Shown piece after piece: positions 45,187 to 56,213 of a stretch of 64,000 bases of DNA; position 1 is the first letter of the stretch; each line of letters opens with the position of its first letter. Source of the stretch: an uncultured Candidatus Rokubacteria bacterium (GTDB lineage Bacteria > Methylomirabilota > Methylomirabilia > Rokubacteriales > CSP1-6); NCBI GenBank assembly GCA_963789955.1, contig CAWBMV010000007.1, forward strand, positions 1-64,000, given 5' to 3'. Below the pieces are notes generated by a model. The model did no database searches and was not told the DNA's origin. It was given only the letters and a program-made list of their open reading frames with translations. The position numbers and the translations under genes were made by a program.

Positions 45187-45832
45187 TCAGAAACCGCGGA
45201 GTAGACCGATGACCTTGCCGAGAATGGTGACGGAGCGCCGGGCCGGATCGATGACGATCGGCGTCATCGTCTGATTCTCGGGCTTCAGCACGACGCGCGA
45301 CCCGTCGCGCATGAAGCGCTTGACGGTCGCCTCGGTCTCGCCGCCCGCCTCGGACTCCACCATCGCGACGACGATGTCGTTCGGCTGGGCCGAGTCCTGA
45401 CGCCGGACCAGCACCAGATCGCCGTCGCAGATGTGGGCTTCGATCATCGACTCGCCGCGCACGCGCAGCGCGAAGACGTCCTCGCCGCGCCCGGGTAGCG
45501 ACGCCGCGGCGATCGGCACCTCGCCCTCGCGATTCTCCTGGGCCAGGAGCGGCGTGCCCGCGGCGATCCGGCCGAGGATCGGGACCGCGTGATGTGCGCG
45601 ACCGCCTCCGGCCATGTCGGGCAAGGTCAGCGCCCGCGAAGTGCGTCCGACGCTTGGGCGCCGCTGTAGCTCGCCCTTGCGCTCGAGCGCCCGCAGATGA
45701 TCGAACGCGGCGCGCGGCGTGATCCGGAAGCCGCTCGCCGAGCTCGCGCACCGTCGGCGGCACGCCGTGCTTGGCCTGGAAGCTGCGCATGAAGCTCAGC
45801 ACCTCGCGCTGCCGGCTCGTCAGCTCACGCAT
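45187..45832 (-). CDS. lexA: LexA repressor (frameshifted)
   Basis: LTSRQREVL..PPTVRELG wHTH, IAAG cleavage site, VRGESM (Ser), ATVKRF (Lys). Confidence 0.93.
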
Positions 45833-45864
45833 CCGTCTTCTTCCTCCGTGCCGGGCAGTATCAC

Positions 45865-45888
45865 TCAACTGGTGTTGACTAGTCAACA
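45865..45888. promoter_or_regulatory. Candidate LexA operator over the lexA -35 element
   Basis: TCAAC-TGGT-GTTGA overlaps perfect palindrome TGTTGACTAGTCAACA; minus strand TTGACT-N18-GATACT. Confidence 0.7.
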
Positions 45889-45938
45889 AAAAGCGAGTGC
45901 ATCGGGAAGTCGACACCACGGGGGTCAGAACCTTGGGA

Positions 45939-46400
45939 CTACGCCGGCTCCCAGGGCTCGCAGACGGGGCAGGTCGCAAACCCCTGCTCGCGGGCCTCGG
46001 CGACGTGCTTGAAGTAGGCGCGCTCGGCCTCGGGAATCCGCGCGACCCAGGCGCAATCGCTCTTGTGAAAGAGGCGCGAGGTCCGCTGGGCGCAGTAGGG
46101 CTCGCCCGGCTCGACCGCGACGGTCGGCGCGGCCTCCACGGCCGTGCTCACGGTTCCGGCTTCGATGGGCACCGCGGTCGTCGGCGTCGGTTCGGACGCG
46201 GGGTGCGGCGCGATGATCGGATCGGGATCGTTGATGTGCAGGTTCGTCTCGACGGTCGCTCTGAACTCGTCGCTCGCTTTGCGGAACTCGCGAAGCGCGC
46301 GACCGATCATCCGCCCGAGCTCGGGGAGCTTTCCGGGTCCGAAGACCAGGAGGGCCAGCACCCCGATGACGAGCATCTCTTGAAAACCGATGTCGAACAT
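45939..46400 (-). CDS. TatA/TatB-family subunit fused to an Ada-like Zn-binding domain
   Basis: [19 protein letters not shown] amphipathic region; C-terminal FHKSDC...[15 protein letters not shown]. Confidence 0.85.
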   Translation of the reverse strand: MFDIGFQEMLVIGVLALLVFGPGKLPELGRMIGRALREFRKASDEFRATVETNLHINDPDPIIAPHPASEPTPTTAVPIEAGTVSTAVEAAPTVAVEPGEPYCAQRTSRLFHKSDCAWVARIPEAERAYFKHVAEAREQGFATCPVCEPWEPA

Positions 46401-46428
46401 CGCGGCTAGAGTAACACGCGCTCTGAGG

Positions 46429-47215
46429 CTAGCCGACCCCGACGAGCCTCGCGAGCTCGGCGAACGAGGCGACGACGACGTCCGCCGCGTCGGCCGGCGC
46501 GCCGCCGGGCGCGTAGAGCACGGTGGGCATGCCGACCGCCTGCGCGCCGCGGATGTCCGAGGGGATGCTGTCGCCGACCATCGCGGTCGCCGCCCGCCGT
46601 GAGGCCGAGCCGCTCGAGCGCCATCCGGAAGAGCGGCGGCTCGGGCTTGCCGACGACGATCGGCCGCACGCCGGCCGCGACGGCGACCGCCTGCACGATC
46701 GACCCGCAGCCCGGCAGAAAGTCGCCGCCCTCGATCGGCAGGCGCGGATCGATGTTCGGCGTCACCAGCGGCGCCCCGCGCGCGGCGGCCCGCGCCGCGG
46801 CGGTGAGACGCTCGTAGCTCAGGTCGAAGTCGTTGCCGACGGCGACCACCGTCGCCGCGCGATAGTCCTTCACGTCCACCAGCTCGTGGCCGGCGCGGGC
46901 GATCACGGCCCCCATCTCGGGCGCGCCGATCGCCAGGACCCGCGAAGGCCCGCAGCGCTCGCGGATCACCTCGCCGATGATCTCGAGCGGCGTCAGCACG
47001 TGCTCGGCGACGGTCACGCCGAGACGGTGCAGCCGCTCGCGCAGATCCGTGCCGGTGGCGCGCGAGTTGTTCGAGACGAACGCGAGGGCGCGCCCGCTTC
47101 GGTGCAGCGCGGTGAGCGTTTCGTTCGCGCCCGGATTGAGCACGTCGCCGCTCCACACGCAGCCGTCGAGGTCGAAGACGAAGCCCCGCAAGGTCGCCAG
47201 GCTCGGCGTGGGCAC
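46429..47215 (-). CDS. HAD-IIA (NagD-like) phosphatase (frameshift near 46595)
   Basis: [23 protein letters not shown]. Confidence 0.9.
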
Positions 47216-47220
47216 GATCG

Positions 47221-48396
47221 CTAGGCCTCCGCTCGGGCGAAGTCGTCGATCGCGTCGGCGTACACGTCGCGCGTCCGCTCGGCGACGCTGGCCCAGCTGA
47301 ACTGCGCCTCGACGCGGAGCCGTCCGGCGCGCCCCATCGCGCGGCCGCGCGCGGGATCGTCGAGCACGCTGCGGATCGCCGCCGCCAGCACGTCGGGACG
47401 TCCGGGCTCGACCAGCACGCCGGTCTTGCCGTCCTCCACCACCTCGAGAATGCCGCCGACCGCCGAGGCAACGACCGGCGTCTCGCACGCCATCGCCTCG
47501 AGGTTGATGAGGCCGAACGGCTCGTAGACCGACGGGCACGCGAACACCGCCGCGTGGCTGTAGAGCTGCACGACCTCGGTCACGGGAACCATCTCGCCGA
47601 TCCACAGGACGTTCGGGTGCTCCGGCAGCACTCGCTTGAGCCGCGCCTCGATCTCCGGCGTGTCGGGCGCCGACGCGCACAGGACCACCTGCACGCCCTT
47701 CGGCAGCTTCCGGGCCGCCTCGAGCAGGTGAAAGATTCCCTTCTGGTCGGTGATGCGCCCGACGAAGAGCACGTAGGGCTCGCGAACGCCCCGGCGCGCC
47801 AGCACCTCACGCGCCTCCGTTCGCTTGAACCGGTCGGGATCGATGCCGTTGTGGATGACGACCACGCGCTCCGGCTCGACCTTGAAGTGCTCGAGGATGT
47901 CGTCGCGCATGCGACGCGAAACGGCGATGACCCGGTCGGCCGCCTCCACCGCGGTCTTCTCGATCCAGCTCGAGAGCAGATAGCCGCTGCCGAGCTGATC
48001 GGCCTTCCACGGTCTGAGCGGCTCCATGCTGTGCAGGGTCACGCAGAGCGGGATCCGGTGGAGCGTGCGGATCCAGAGACCGGCCATGTCCGCGTACCAC
48101 GTGTGCGCGTGGGCCACCTGCGCGTCGACCGGGTCGCGCGCCATCGCGAGCGCGATCGACAGGGTCTCGAGCGCCGGCGCATACAGCGCCTTATCCTTGC
48201 CGGCGCCCACCCGATCCCACGGCGTGTAGCCACGGAGCGCGATGCGGTCGGTCGACTCGGTCGCGGCGCGCTCGCCGAAGCAGCGAACCTCCACCGGCAT
48301 GAGCCGGCCGAGCGCTTCGGCCAGCTGTCCCACCACGACTCCCGCGCCGCCGTAGATGTGAGGCGGGTATTCGCGGGTCAAAAGAAGGGCTTTCAC
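47221..48396 (-). CDS. glgA: GT4 glycogen synthase, actinobacterial GlgA/GlgM type
   Basis: [46 protein letters not shown]. Confidence 0.88.
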   Translation of the reverse strand: MKALLLTREYPPHIYGGAGVVVGQLAEALGRLMPVEVRCFGERAATESTDRIALRGYTPWDRVGAGKDKALYAPALETLSIALAMARDPVDAQVAHAHTWYADMAGLWIRTLHRIPLCVTLHSMEPLRPWKADQLGSGYLLSSWIEKTAVEAADRVIAVSRRMRDDILEHFKVEPERVVVIHNGIDPDRFKRTEAREVLARRGVREPYVLFVGRITDQKGIFHLLEAARKLPKGVQVVLCASAPDTPEIEARLKRVLPEHPNVLWIGEMVPVTEVVQLYSHAAVFACPSVYEPFGLINLEAMACETPVVASAVGGILEVVEDGKTGVLVEPGRPDVLAAAIRSVLDDPARGRAMGRAGRLRVEAQFSWASVAERTRDVYADAIDDFARAEA

Positions 48397-49776
48397 GAGC
48401 GGTCGGTACCCTCCGCCTGATCGTCCTCACGACGTTCGAGCTTGCGCGCGACGGTGCGCACATCGATGCCAAGGAGCTTCGCCGCCTGCGTCTTGTTGCC
48501 GCCGGTGATGCGCAAGGTCTCGTCGAGCAGTCGTTGCTCGATGTCCGCCAGCGGAGTGCCGACCAGCTCGAGAATCGCGTCGCGCGGCGGCCGCTTCACC
48601 CCCGCGACCTCCTCGGGGAGATCCTCGGCATCGATCCGGTCCTTTCGCGCGAGCAGGACCGTGCGCTCGATGAGGTTCTCCAGCTCGCGCACGTTGCCCG
48701 GCCACGCGTACGATTCGAGCCGCTCGAGCGCCTCGTTCGAGAAGCCTTCGAGCTTCCGGCCGTTCTTGGCGGCGTAGACCCGCAGGTAGTGCTGGGCGAG
48801 CACGCGGATGTCCTCGTGACGCTCGCGCAGCGGCGGCACGCGGACCGTGATGACGTTGAGGCGATAGTAGAGGTCCTCGCGGAAGCGCTTGTCCTTCACC
48901 ATGTCGGCCAGGTCCTGGTTCGTGGCCGCCACGATGCGGACGTCGACCTGGATCGAGCGCGTGGCCCCGAGGCGCTCGAATTCTCCCTCCTGGAGCACGC
49001 GCAGGATCTTGGGTTGCGTCACCAGCGACAGGTCGGCGACCTCGTCGAGAAACGAGCGTGCCGCCGTTCGCCAGCTCGAAGCGTCCTTCCTTGCGCCCGG
49101 CGGCGCCGGTGAACGCGCCCTTCTCGTACCCGAACAGCTCGGACTCGAGCAAGGTCTCGGGCAACGCCGCGCAGTTGACCGCCACGAAGGGGCCGGCGCG
49201 CCGGCCCGAGCGCTCATGGATCGTGCGCGCCACCAGCTCCTTGCCCGTCCCGCTCTCGCCCTGGATGAGGATCGTCGCGGAGCTGTCGGCGATCTGCTCG
49301 ACGAGCGTGAGCATCCGCCGGAACGAGGGGCTGGCGCCGATCATCTGGCCCTTGGCGCGGATGTCTTCCAGCTGTTTCTTGAGCGCCTTGTTCTGCTCGA
49401 TCAGGTCGCGGCGCTCGAGGGCCTTGTCGACGAGCTTGATCAGCTGCTCGCGCCGGAACGGCTTGGTCAGGAAGTCGTAGGCGCCGTCCTTCATCGCCTT
49501 CACGGCCTCCTCGACGGTCCCGAAGGCGGTCAACAAGATCACGTCGACGTCCGGCATGATCGCCTTGGCCGCCCGCAGGAGCTCGAGCCCGGTCAGTCCC
49601 GGCATTCTGAGATCCGTCACGATCAGGTCGACGCCGCCGGCCTGCACGCGCTCGAGCGCCGCGCGCCCGTCCGAGGCGAGCACGACTCGATATCCCTCGC
49701 GGGTCAGCGTGCGCTCGAGACTCTCGCGCAGCCCGGGATCGTCGTCGGCCACGAGCAAGGTCGCGGGCTCAGCCAT
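48393..49776 (-). CDS. sigma54-dependent NtrC-family response regulator (frameshift near 49055)
   Basis: Receiver domain, [27 protein letters not shown], Fis-type HTH. Confidence 0.95.
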
Positions 49777-51091
49777 CCTTCACTCGCTTGAGCGGCAGCC
49801 GGATCGTGAACGTCGCGCCCAGCGGCGCGCGGTTCCTCCAGCGAATCTCGCCGCCGTGCTCCTCGGCGATCTGCCGCGTGATCGAGAGGCCGAGGCCGGT
49901 GCCCTGGGGCTTCGTCGTGAAGAACTGCTCGAAGAGCCGCGGGCCCACGTCGTCCGGGATGCCGCCGCCGGTGTCGGACACGAAGATCTCGACCGCCTCG
50001 CCATCGAAGCGACTGCCGATCGTCAGCTCGCCGCCGCTCGACAGGGTCTCGAGCCCGTTCTTGACGAGGTTCAGCACCGCCTGGCGCAGGAGGCCGCGAT
50101 CGATTTCCATCACGGGGACGCTCGGGTCGACTTCCACGCGCAGGGTGAGCCCCTGACGCGTCGCGACCGGGCGCACGAAGTCCGCGAGCTCCTGCACGAG
50201 GTGGTTGATCGACTCTTCCTCGAAGTGCGGCCGCGGAAATCGTGCGAACGCGAGATATTCCTCGGTCAGCGCGTCGAGCGTCGTGACCTGATCGCGAATC
50301 GCGCTGACGAGGCCCGCGGCCTCTTTCATGTCGCCGTCGTTCCGCTCGCCGTCGTTCCGCTCGCGCACGATGTCCTCGAGCATCTCGGCGTTGAGCTCGA
50401 TCGCGGTGATCGGATTGCGCACCTCGTGCGCGATGCGGAGCGAGAGACGTCCCACCGTGGCCATGCGCTCGGCCACCACGAGCTCTTGCTGCGCGGTCTG
50501 CAGCCGGCTCAAGGTGCCGGTGAGCTCGTCGTTCAACCGCTCGACCTCTCCGCGCGCCCGTCGCTCCCGGTCGGCGACCAGCCCGAGCGTGACCGCGGGC
50601 AATCCGGCGAGCGCCGCGAGGATCAAGTGCGGCGTCCAGCCGACCCACGGCGGCACCAGCACCGTCGACCAGGCGTAGAGCCCGCCGGCCACCACCGAAG
50701 CTCCCAGCCCCACCCACGGTCCGAAGTAGTAGGCGTTCACCGCGACCAGGGGAAAGAACAGAAGATAGAAGACACTGTCGCCGGCGCCGGTGAGGCACAG
50801 GAGCACGAAGACCAGCAGCAGATCGATCGCCAGCGCGCCGATGAAGTACGCGCGGGTCGCGCGCGGATTGACCGTCACCAGCGCGAAGATCCCGACCTTG
50901 TACGCCGCGAAACAGAAGACGAGCCAGTAGAGATCGAGGTCGCGGTAACGGGGCCGTAACGGAAAGAAGCCGAGCGCCGCGAGACCGCCGACCATGACGA
51001 CCGCCAGGAGCACCGCGAACACGCGCTCGTCGCGCTCCAGCAACCGAAAGCTGGCGTGCCAGGGCTTGCGCTCGGCGACCATCGCGGACAT
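49769..51091 (-). CDS. Membrane sensor histidine kinase
   Basis: Multiple TM helices, AHEVRNP, NLVKNG, DTGGGI, FFTTK, GTGLGL. Confidence 0.95.
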   Translation of the reverse strand: MSAMVAERKPWHASFRLLERDERVFAVLLAVVMVGGLAALGFFPLRPRYRDLDLYWLVFCFAAYKVGIFALVTVNPRATRAYFIGALAIDLLLVFVLLCLTGAGDSVFYLLFFPLVAVNAYYFGPWVGLGASVVAGGLYAWSTVLVPPWVGWTPHLILAALAGLPAVTLGLVADRERRARGEVERLNDELTGTLSRLQTAQQELVVAERMATVGRLSLRIAHEVRNPITAIELNAEMLEDIVRERNDGERNDGDMKEAAGLVSAIRDQVTTLDALTEEYLAFARFPRPHFEEESINHLVQELADFVRPVATRQGLTLRVEVDPSVPVMEIDRGLLRQAVLNLVKNGLETLSSGGELTIGSRFDGEAVEIFVSDTGGGIPDDVGPRLFEQFFTTKPQGTGLGLSITRQIAEEHGGEIRWRNRAPLGATFTIRLPLKRVKDG

Positions 51092-51115
51092 CCACGCCGA
51101 CTATAGCATTGGGGC

Positions 51116-51710
51116 CTATTCGGGCCTCTGACCGCGGCGCCGTACCGCGATGGTGACCCAGATCGCCACGATGACGAGCGCCGCCAGGACCAGCCATCGC
51201 TCGACGCGGTGGACGTCCGCGAACACTTGCTCGAGCTGATCCGCGAAAAGGTACGCGAGAAAGAAGCCGAACGGGACGCTCACGATCGCCGCGCCCGTAT
51301 CGGCCGCCAAGAATTTCCAGAACGGTACGCGCGCGATGCCCGCGGTCAAGAACGCCGCGGCCCTCAGCCCCATCACGTGACGCGCGGTAAAGACGATCTT
51401 GACGCCGTGGCTCCGATACGCGGATCTTGAGCTGCTCCTCGCGAGCCGGGCTCAGGACCCAGCGGACGGGCCGCCAGCCGAGCACTCGTTCCCCCCAGTG
51501 ATGCCCGACCCAATAGAGGGCGATGTCCCCCGAAAGCACCCCTGCCACGCAGACCGGCAGCGCAATCCACCACCGCAGCACCAGTTGGTGGGACAGGACT
51601 CCCCCCGTCACGATCGGCAGCTCCTCAGGGATGGGGACGCCGAGGCCGGCGATGAAGAGGACGACGAACAGGCCGACGTAGCCCAGTTGCTCGATGAACG
51701 AAGCGACCAG
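51116..51710 (-). CDS. DedA-family membrane protein (frameshift near 51420; start approximate)
   Basis: GVPIPEEL, GVLSGDIALYWVG, F.ARH..GLR, AGIARVPFWKF. Confidence 0.85.
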
Positions 51711-51798
51711 ATCGCACCTCGGGGGCAAGATTCGGTTTCCGGAAGATGGGCCCCAGTGTATACTCCGATAGTCCTGTGCGGTCAGAAGGAGCCCTTCC

Positions 51799-52152
51799 AT
51801 GGCGGTCAAACTCTTCGTGGGCGGTTTATCTTTCTCCACCTCCAACGAGCGCCTGCGCGAAGCTTTCGCGGCGGTCGGCAGCGTCGAGTCTGCGAGTGTC
51901 GTGACCGACCGGGATACCGGGCGTTCGCGGGGCTTCGGGTTCGTCGAAATGGCGACGCCAGAGGAAGCCGAGCAGGCCATTAGCCGCCTCAACGGCACGA
52001 ACCTCGACGGCCGGACGATTCAGGTCGAAAAGGCGAAGGCCCCAGGCTCTGGCGGCGGCGGCGGCGACCGACGCGGTGGCGGCGGTGGTCGTGGTGGTTT
52101 CGGCGGCGGTGGCGGCGCCGGCCGCGGTGGCTCCCGCGGCGGTCGCTGGTAG
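51799..52152 (+). CDS. RRM RNA-binding protein with Gly-rich tail
   Basis: KLFVGGL (RNP2), RGFGFVEM (RNP1); AAGGAG RBS. Confidence 0.95.
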   Translation: MAVKLFVGGLSFSTSNERLREAFAAVGSVESASVVTDRDTGRSRGFGFVEMATPEEAEQAISRLNGTNLDGRTIQVEKAKAPGSGGGGGDRRGGGGGRGGFGGGGGAGRGGSRGGRW

Positions 52153-52274
52153 CATCGCCCGGATTCGTTAGTACGCGCGCCTCGGCCCGCGGGGCTCCGG
52201 CTCCGCAACGGCCCGCAGCGCGCAAATCCGCTAGCGTTTTTTCGCTCGAGCGCGTGGGATCGTAGTCTGCCTCC

Positions 52275-53357
52275 ATGCAGACCGTCCTGCACACCGAGTC
52301 GTCCGGCGGCCACGGCGGTCAGGAAATCCGCACGGTTGCCGAGGTACGCTGGCTCCTCGCCCACGGGTGGGGCGCGCTGATCGCCTGCCAACCCGATAGC
52401 CCCCTCCTCGCCGAGGCGCGGGCGTCGGGATTGCCGATCGAGGCCGTCCGGATGCGAAGCTCGGTCGATGTCGGCGCCGTCCTGCGACTGCGCCGGCTGA
52501 TGCGAGCGCGCGACGTGAGCCTGGTCCACACCCATAGCTCCGTCGATAGCTGGCTGGCGAGTATTGCCGCGAAATCGCTAGGCCTCCCTGTGGTCCGCAC
52601 TCGACACGTCTCGATCCCGATCGGCCGGCGGCGCGCCCTCGTCTATCGGCTGGCGGACCGCGTCATCACCAGCGCCGAGAGCGTCCGCTCGATGGTGACG
52701 GCCGCAGGCATCGCCCCCGACCGGGTCGTGACGATCTCCGCCGGAGTCGACGGTGAGCGGTTCCACCCCGGCGTCTCCGGCACGGCCGTCCGAAAGGAGC
52801 TCGGCCTGGGCGAAGCCCCGGTCGTCGGGCTCGTCGCCAACGTGCGTGGGTCCAAGGGCCACAACGTGTTCCTGGAGGCGGCTCGATCGGTGATCGCCAG
52901 CAAGCCGGAGGCGCGCTTCCTGATCGTCGGAGACGGGGTCGGATTCGACGAGGTGTCCCGGCGAGTCCGGGACATGAGCCTGGACACGAGCGTGTGCCTC
53001 ACCGGATTTCGCCGAGACATTCCCGAGGTCATGGCGGCCCTCGACGTACTGGTACTTCCCTCGATCAGATCCGAGGCGATCCCCCAGGTGATCCCGCAGG
53101 CGCTGGCGGTGGGCACCCCGGTCGTGGCCTCCACCGTCGGCGGCAGCCCCGAGCTGATCCGGGACGGCGAGAACGGCCGCCTCGTGCCCCCCGGCGATTC
53201 GCGGGCGCTGGCGGACGCGATCCTGGCGCTGCTCCGCGAGCCTGACCGCGCACGCGCGATGGCGCGGGCCGGCCAGGCGATGGTGCGCGAGCGGTACACG
53301 ATCGACGCGACGATGGCGCGGACCACTGCGGTGTACCGCGCGCTCCTCGGAGCCTGA
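52275..53357 (+). CDS. GT4 glycosyltransferase
   Basis: GGQE, VHTHSS, KGHNVF, VLPS..SEAIPQ. Confidence 0.9.
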   Translation: MQTVLHTESSGGHGGQEIRTVAEVRWLLAHGWGALIACQPDSPLLAEARASGLPIEAVRMRSSVDVGAVLRLRRLMRARDVSLVHTHSSVDSWLASIAAKSLGLPVVRTRHVSIPIGRRRALVYRLADRVITSAESVRSMVTAAGIAPDRVVTISAGVDGERFHPGVSGTAVRKELGLGEAPVVGLVANVRGSKGHNVFLEAARSVIASKPEARFLIVGDGVGFDEVSRRVRDMSLDTSVCLTGFRRDIPEVMAALDVLVLPSIRSEAIPQVIPQALAVGTPVVASTVGGSPELIRDGENGRLVPPGDSRALADAILALLREPDRARAMARAGQAMVRERYTIDATMARTTAVYRALLGA

Positions 53358-53394
53358 CCGGACGTCCGCGGCCGGTCCGGGCGGATCGCTGGAT

Positions 53395-53422
53395 TTGATA
53401 TATATGAATATTAATATATAAT
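53395..53422 (+). promoter_or_regulatory. sigma70 promoter with overlapping ArsR-type operator
   Basis: TTGATA-N16-TATAAT; 22-bp inverted repeat at 53399-53420 with one mismatched pair. Confidence 0.8.
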
Positions 53423-53429
53423 ACTTTTC

Positions 53430-53789
53430 GTGAGCACGGCGTCGTCGCCGCATCTCCAGTCGTTCAAGGCTGAATTCTTCAAGGCCCTGGCCCATCCGAT
53501 CCGTATCCGGCTGCTCGAAGTCCTGCGCGGCGGTGAGCGCAGCGTCCAGGAGCTGCAGACTCGCCTCGAGCTCGATCAGTCGATCGTCTCGCAGCAGCTT
53601 GCGATCCTGCGCGCCAAGAACATCGTGACCGCCCGGAAAGAGGGCACGACGGTGCGGTACGAGATCCGCGATCCGCTCGTGGGCGATCTGCTCGACGTGG
53701 CGCGGCGGATCTTCAACAACCAGCTGGCCGGCACCCAGACCATGCTGCGCGCGCTCCGCCAGGAGGCGCGCCGGCCGGCGCGGCGCTGA
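53430..53789 (+). CDS. ArsR/SmtB-family regulator (Rv0081-like)
   Basis: KAEFFKALAHPIRIRLLE, SQQLAILR. Confidence 0.92.
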   Translation: MSTASSPHLQSFKAEFFKALAHPIRIRLLEVLRGGERSVQELQTRLELDQSIVSQQLAILRAKNIVTARKEGTTVRYEIRDPLVGDLLDVARRIFNNQLAGTQTMLRALRQEARRPARR

Positions 53790-53792
53790 CCG

Positions 53793-54305
53793 GTGCTTCG
53801 CCAGCTCCGGACCGCGCTCCGCACGGGCATCGTCACGGAGCCGGTCACTCGCACCGGCGACCTCGAGCGAATCGGCGAGCGACTGGCCGCGGAGGTCGCA
53901 CGGCTCTTCGGCCGCTCGCTCGCGATACGGCAGGTCGACGCCGGCTCCTGCAACGGCTGCGAGCTCGAAATCGGCGGGCTCACCGGGCCGCACTACGATG
54001 TCGAGCGATTCGGGATACATTTCGTCGCTTCGCCGCGCCACGCCGACTGCCTGCTGGTGACGGGCCCGGTGACTCGCAACATGGCCGAGGCGTTGCGGCG
54101 CACCTGGCAGGCGACGCCGGATCCCAAGTTCGTGGTCGCCGTCGGCGACTGCGGGCGTGACGGCGGTCTCTTCCGAGGATCCTACGCGGTCGTGGGCGGC
54201 GTCGCCGACGTCATCCCGGTCGACGCCATCATCCCCGGGTGTCCGCCGTCGCCGGCGGCGCTCCTTGCCGGCCTGCTCGAGGCGATCGGGCGGCTCCCCG
54301 GGTGA
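53793..54305 (+). CDS. Ehr small subunit (NuoB/HyfI-like)
   Basis: AGSCNGCELE, SPRHAD, VGDC, IPGCPP. Confidence 0.9.
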   Translation: MLRQLRTALRTGIVTEPVTRTGDLERIGERLAAEVARLFGRSLAIRQVDAGSCNGCELEIGGLTGPHYDVERFGIHFVASPRHADCLLVTGPVTRNMAEALRRTWQATPDPKFVVAVGDCGRDGGLFRGSYAVVGGVADVIPVDAIIPGCPPSPAALLAGLLEAIGRLPG

Positions 54306-56213
54306 GCCGGCTCTCGTACGGACTGGTCGTGCTCTGCGGCGTCGCCGCCATGGGCCTCGGCGGCTACGGAATGGCGGGCGGCGCCGGCACGCTTCGGGTC
54401 ACCTGGCTGGTGCCGCTCGGGGGCCTCGAGCTGACACTCGATCCCCTCGGGGGATTATTCCTCGCATTGATCGGGTTTGCCGCGGTGCCGGCATCGGTCT
54501 ACGCAATGGGTTACCCCGACGGCGGCGGGCGCGATCGGTTGACGTACGTCGTCTTCGTCGTGTCGATGTGCCTCGTTCCGCTCGCCGCGAACGTGATGAC
54601 CTTCGTGATCGCGTGGGAGCTGATGTCTCTGGCGTCCTACCTTCTGGTTCTTCACGACCGAGAATCCAAGGAGTCGATCCAGGCCGGCTGGGTCTACGCG
54701 GTGATGACCCATGCAGGCCTCGCCTGCCTCCTCGCGGGCATGCTCCTGCTCGGTGCCGACGCGGGGAGTCTGCGATTCGCGGACTGGCGATCGGCGGCGC
54801 CGGCGCTGGCGCCCATGACCCGCAACGCGGCCTTCGTGCTCCTGGCACTCGGCTTCGCGGGCAAGGCGGGCGTGATCCCACTGCACGTCTGGCTGCCGCT
54901 GGCCCATCCAGCCGCGCCGAGCCACGTGTCGGCCCTCATGTCGGGCGTCATGATCAAGCTCGGGGTCTACGGCCTCCTTCGCGTGACCCTCGACTGGCTC
55001 GGGCCCGGTCCGGGCTGGTGGGGCGCCGCCCTGCTGATCGCGGGCGCCGCCTCGGCGGTGATCGGCGTGCTCTACGCGCTCGTCGAGCACGACCTCAAGC
55101 GGCTCCTGGCGTTCCACAGCATCGAGAACATCGGAATCATCCTGCTGGGCATCGGGAGCGCGGCGCTCTCTCGCGTCGCCGGTCTGGACGCGCTCGCGAT
55201 TCTTGGCCTGGTCGCGGCGCTCTATCACACGATCAATCACGCGGCGTTCAAGGCGCTGCTGTTTCTGGGCGCCGGTGCCGTCGTGCACGCGACGGGCACG
55301 CGGAACATGGAGGCGATGGGCGGGCTCATCAAGCGGATGCCGTGGACCGCCGCCTGCTTCCTGATCGGCTCGGCGGCGATCGCCGCGCTGCCGCCGCTCA
55401 ACGGCTTCGTGAGCGAGTGGCTCACGTTTCTGGCTCTCTTCCAGAACACGCGGCTCGACGCGGTCGGACAGAATCTGGTCTTCACCTTGGGGATCGCGAG
55501 TCTCGCGCTGACCGGCGGCCTGGCGATGGCGTGCTTCGTCAAGGCGTTCGGCATCACGTTCCTGGCGCTGCCCCGGAGCGACGCGGCGGCCGGCGCTCAC
55601 GAGGCGAGCCCGCCGATGCGGCTGGCCATGCTCGCCCTCGCGGCCGCCTGCGTCGCGCTCGGACTGGGACCGACGCTCGTGGTGCCGGCGCTCGGATCGG
55701 TCGCCTCTGCCGTGCTGCGAACGCCGCCGCGGGCGGCCGGTGGGGACTGGCTGACGCTTGCGCGTCTCGGGCGATTTCGCGAGCCTGTCGACGGCGGCGA
55801 TCGCTCTCGCCCTCGTCCTGTCGCTCCTCGTACCGCTCGGGGTCCTCCGGCTCGTCGGCGCGTCGCGCCGGACGCGCGACTACGAGACGTGGGGCTGCGG
55901 CCGCATCGTGCAGACCGCGCGGATGGAGTACACGGCGACCGCGTTCGCCAACCCCTTCAAGCGCGTGTTCGACTTCTTCTACCGGCCGACGAAACGCCTC
56001 GACATCGAGTTCCATCCCGGGTCGCGCTTCTTCGTCGAGCGCATCGAGTACGAGAACCCGACCCGATCGATCTTCGACGACTGGCTCTACCGGCCCGCGC
56101 TCGATCTCCTGCACGCCGGGGCGCGCGCCGTCGGAGCGCTGCAGTCGGGCAGCACGAACCAGTATCTGGCCTACATCCTGGCCGCCCTGCTGCTGATGCT
56201 GGTGCTCGCGTGA
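54302..56213 (+). CDS. HyfB/NuoL-like antiporter subunit (frameshift near 55760)
   Basis: AWELMS, PLHVWLPLAHP, KRLLAFHSIEN, LPPLNGFVSEW. Confidence 0.9.

Noticed and set aside
44950..45274. Long C-terminal extension of the HD-GYP ORF
   Set aside because: Non-domain sequence overlapping lexA and the small ORF on the other strand; probably a lost stop codon.
50332..50364. 15-bp tandem duplication (ERNDG x2) in the kinase, and an EMxRLDR repeat near 43363-43407
   Set aside because: Short in-frame coding duplications, not an array.
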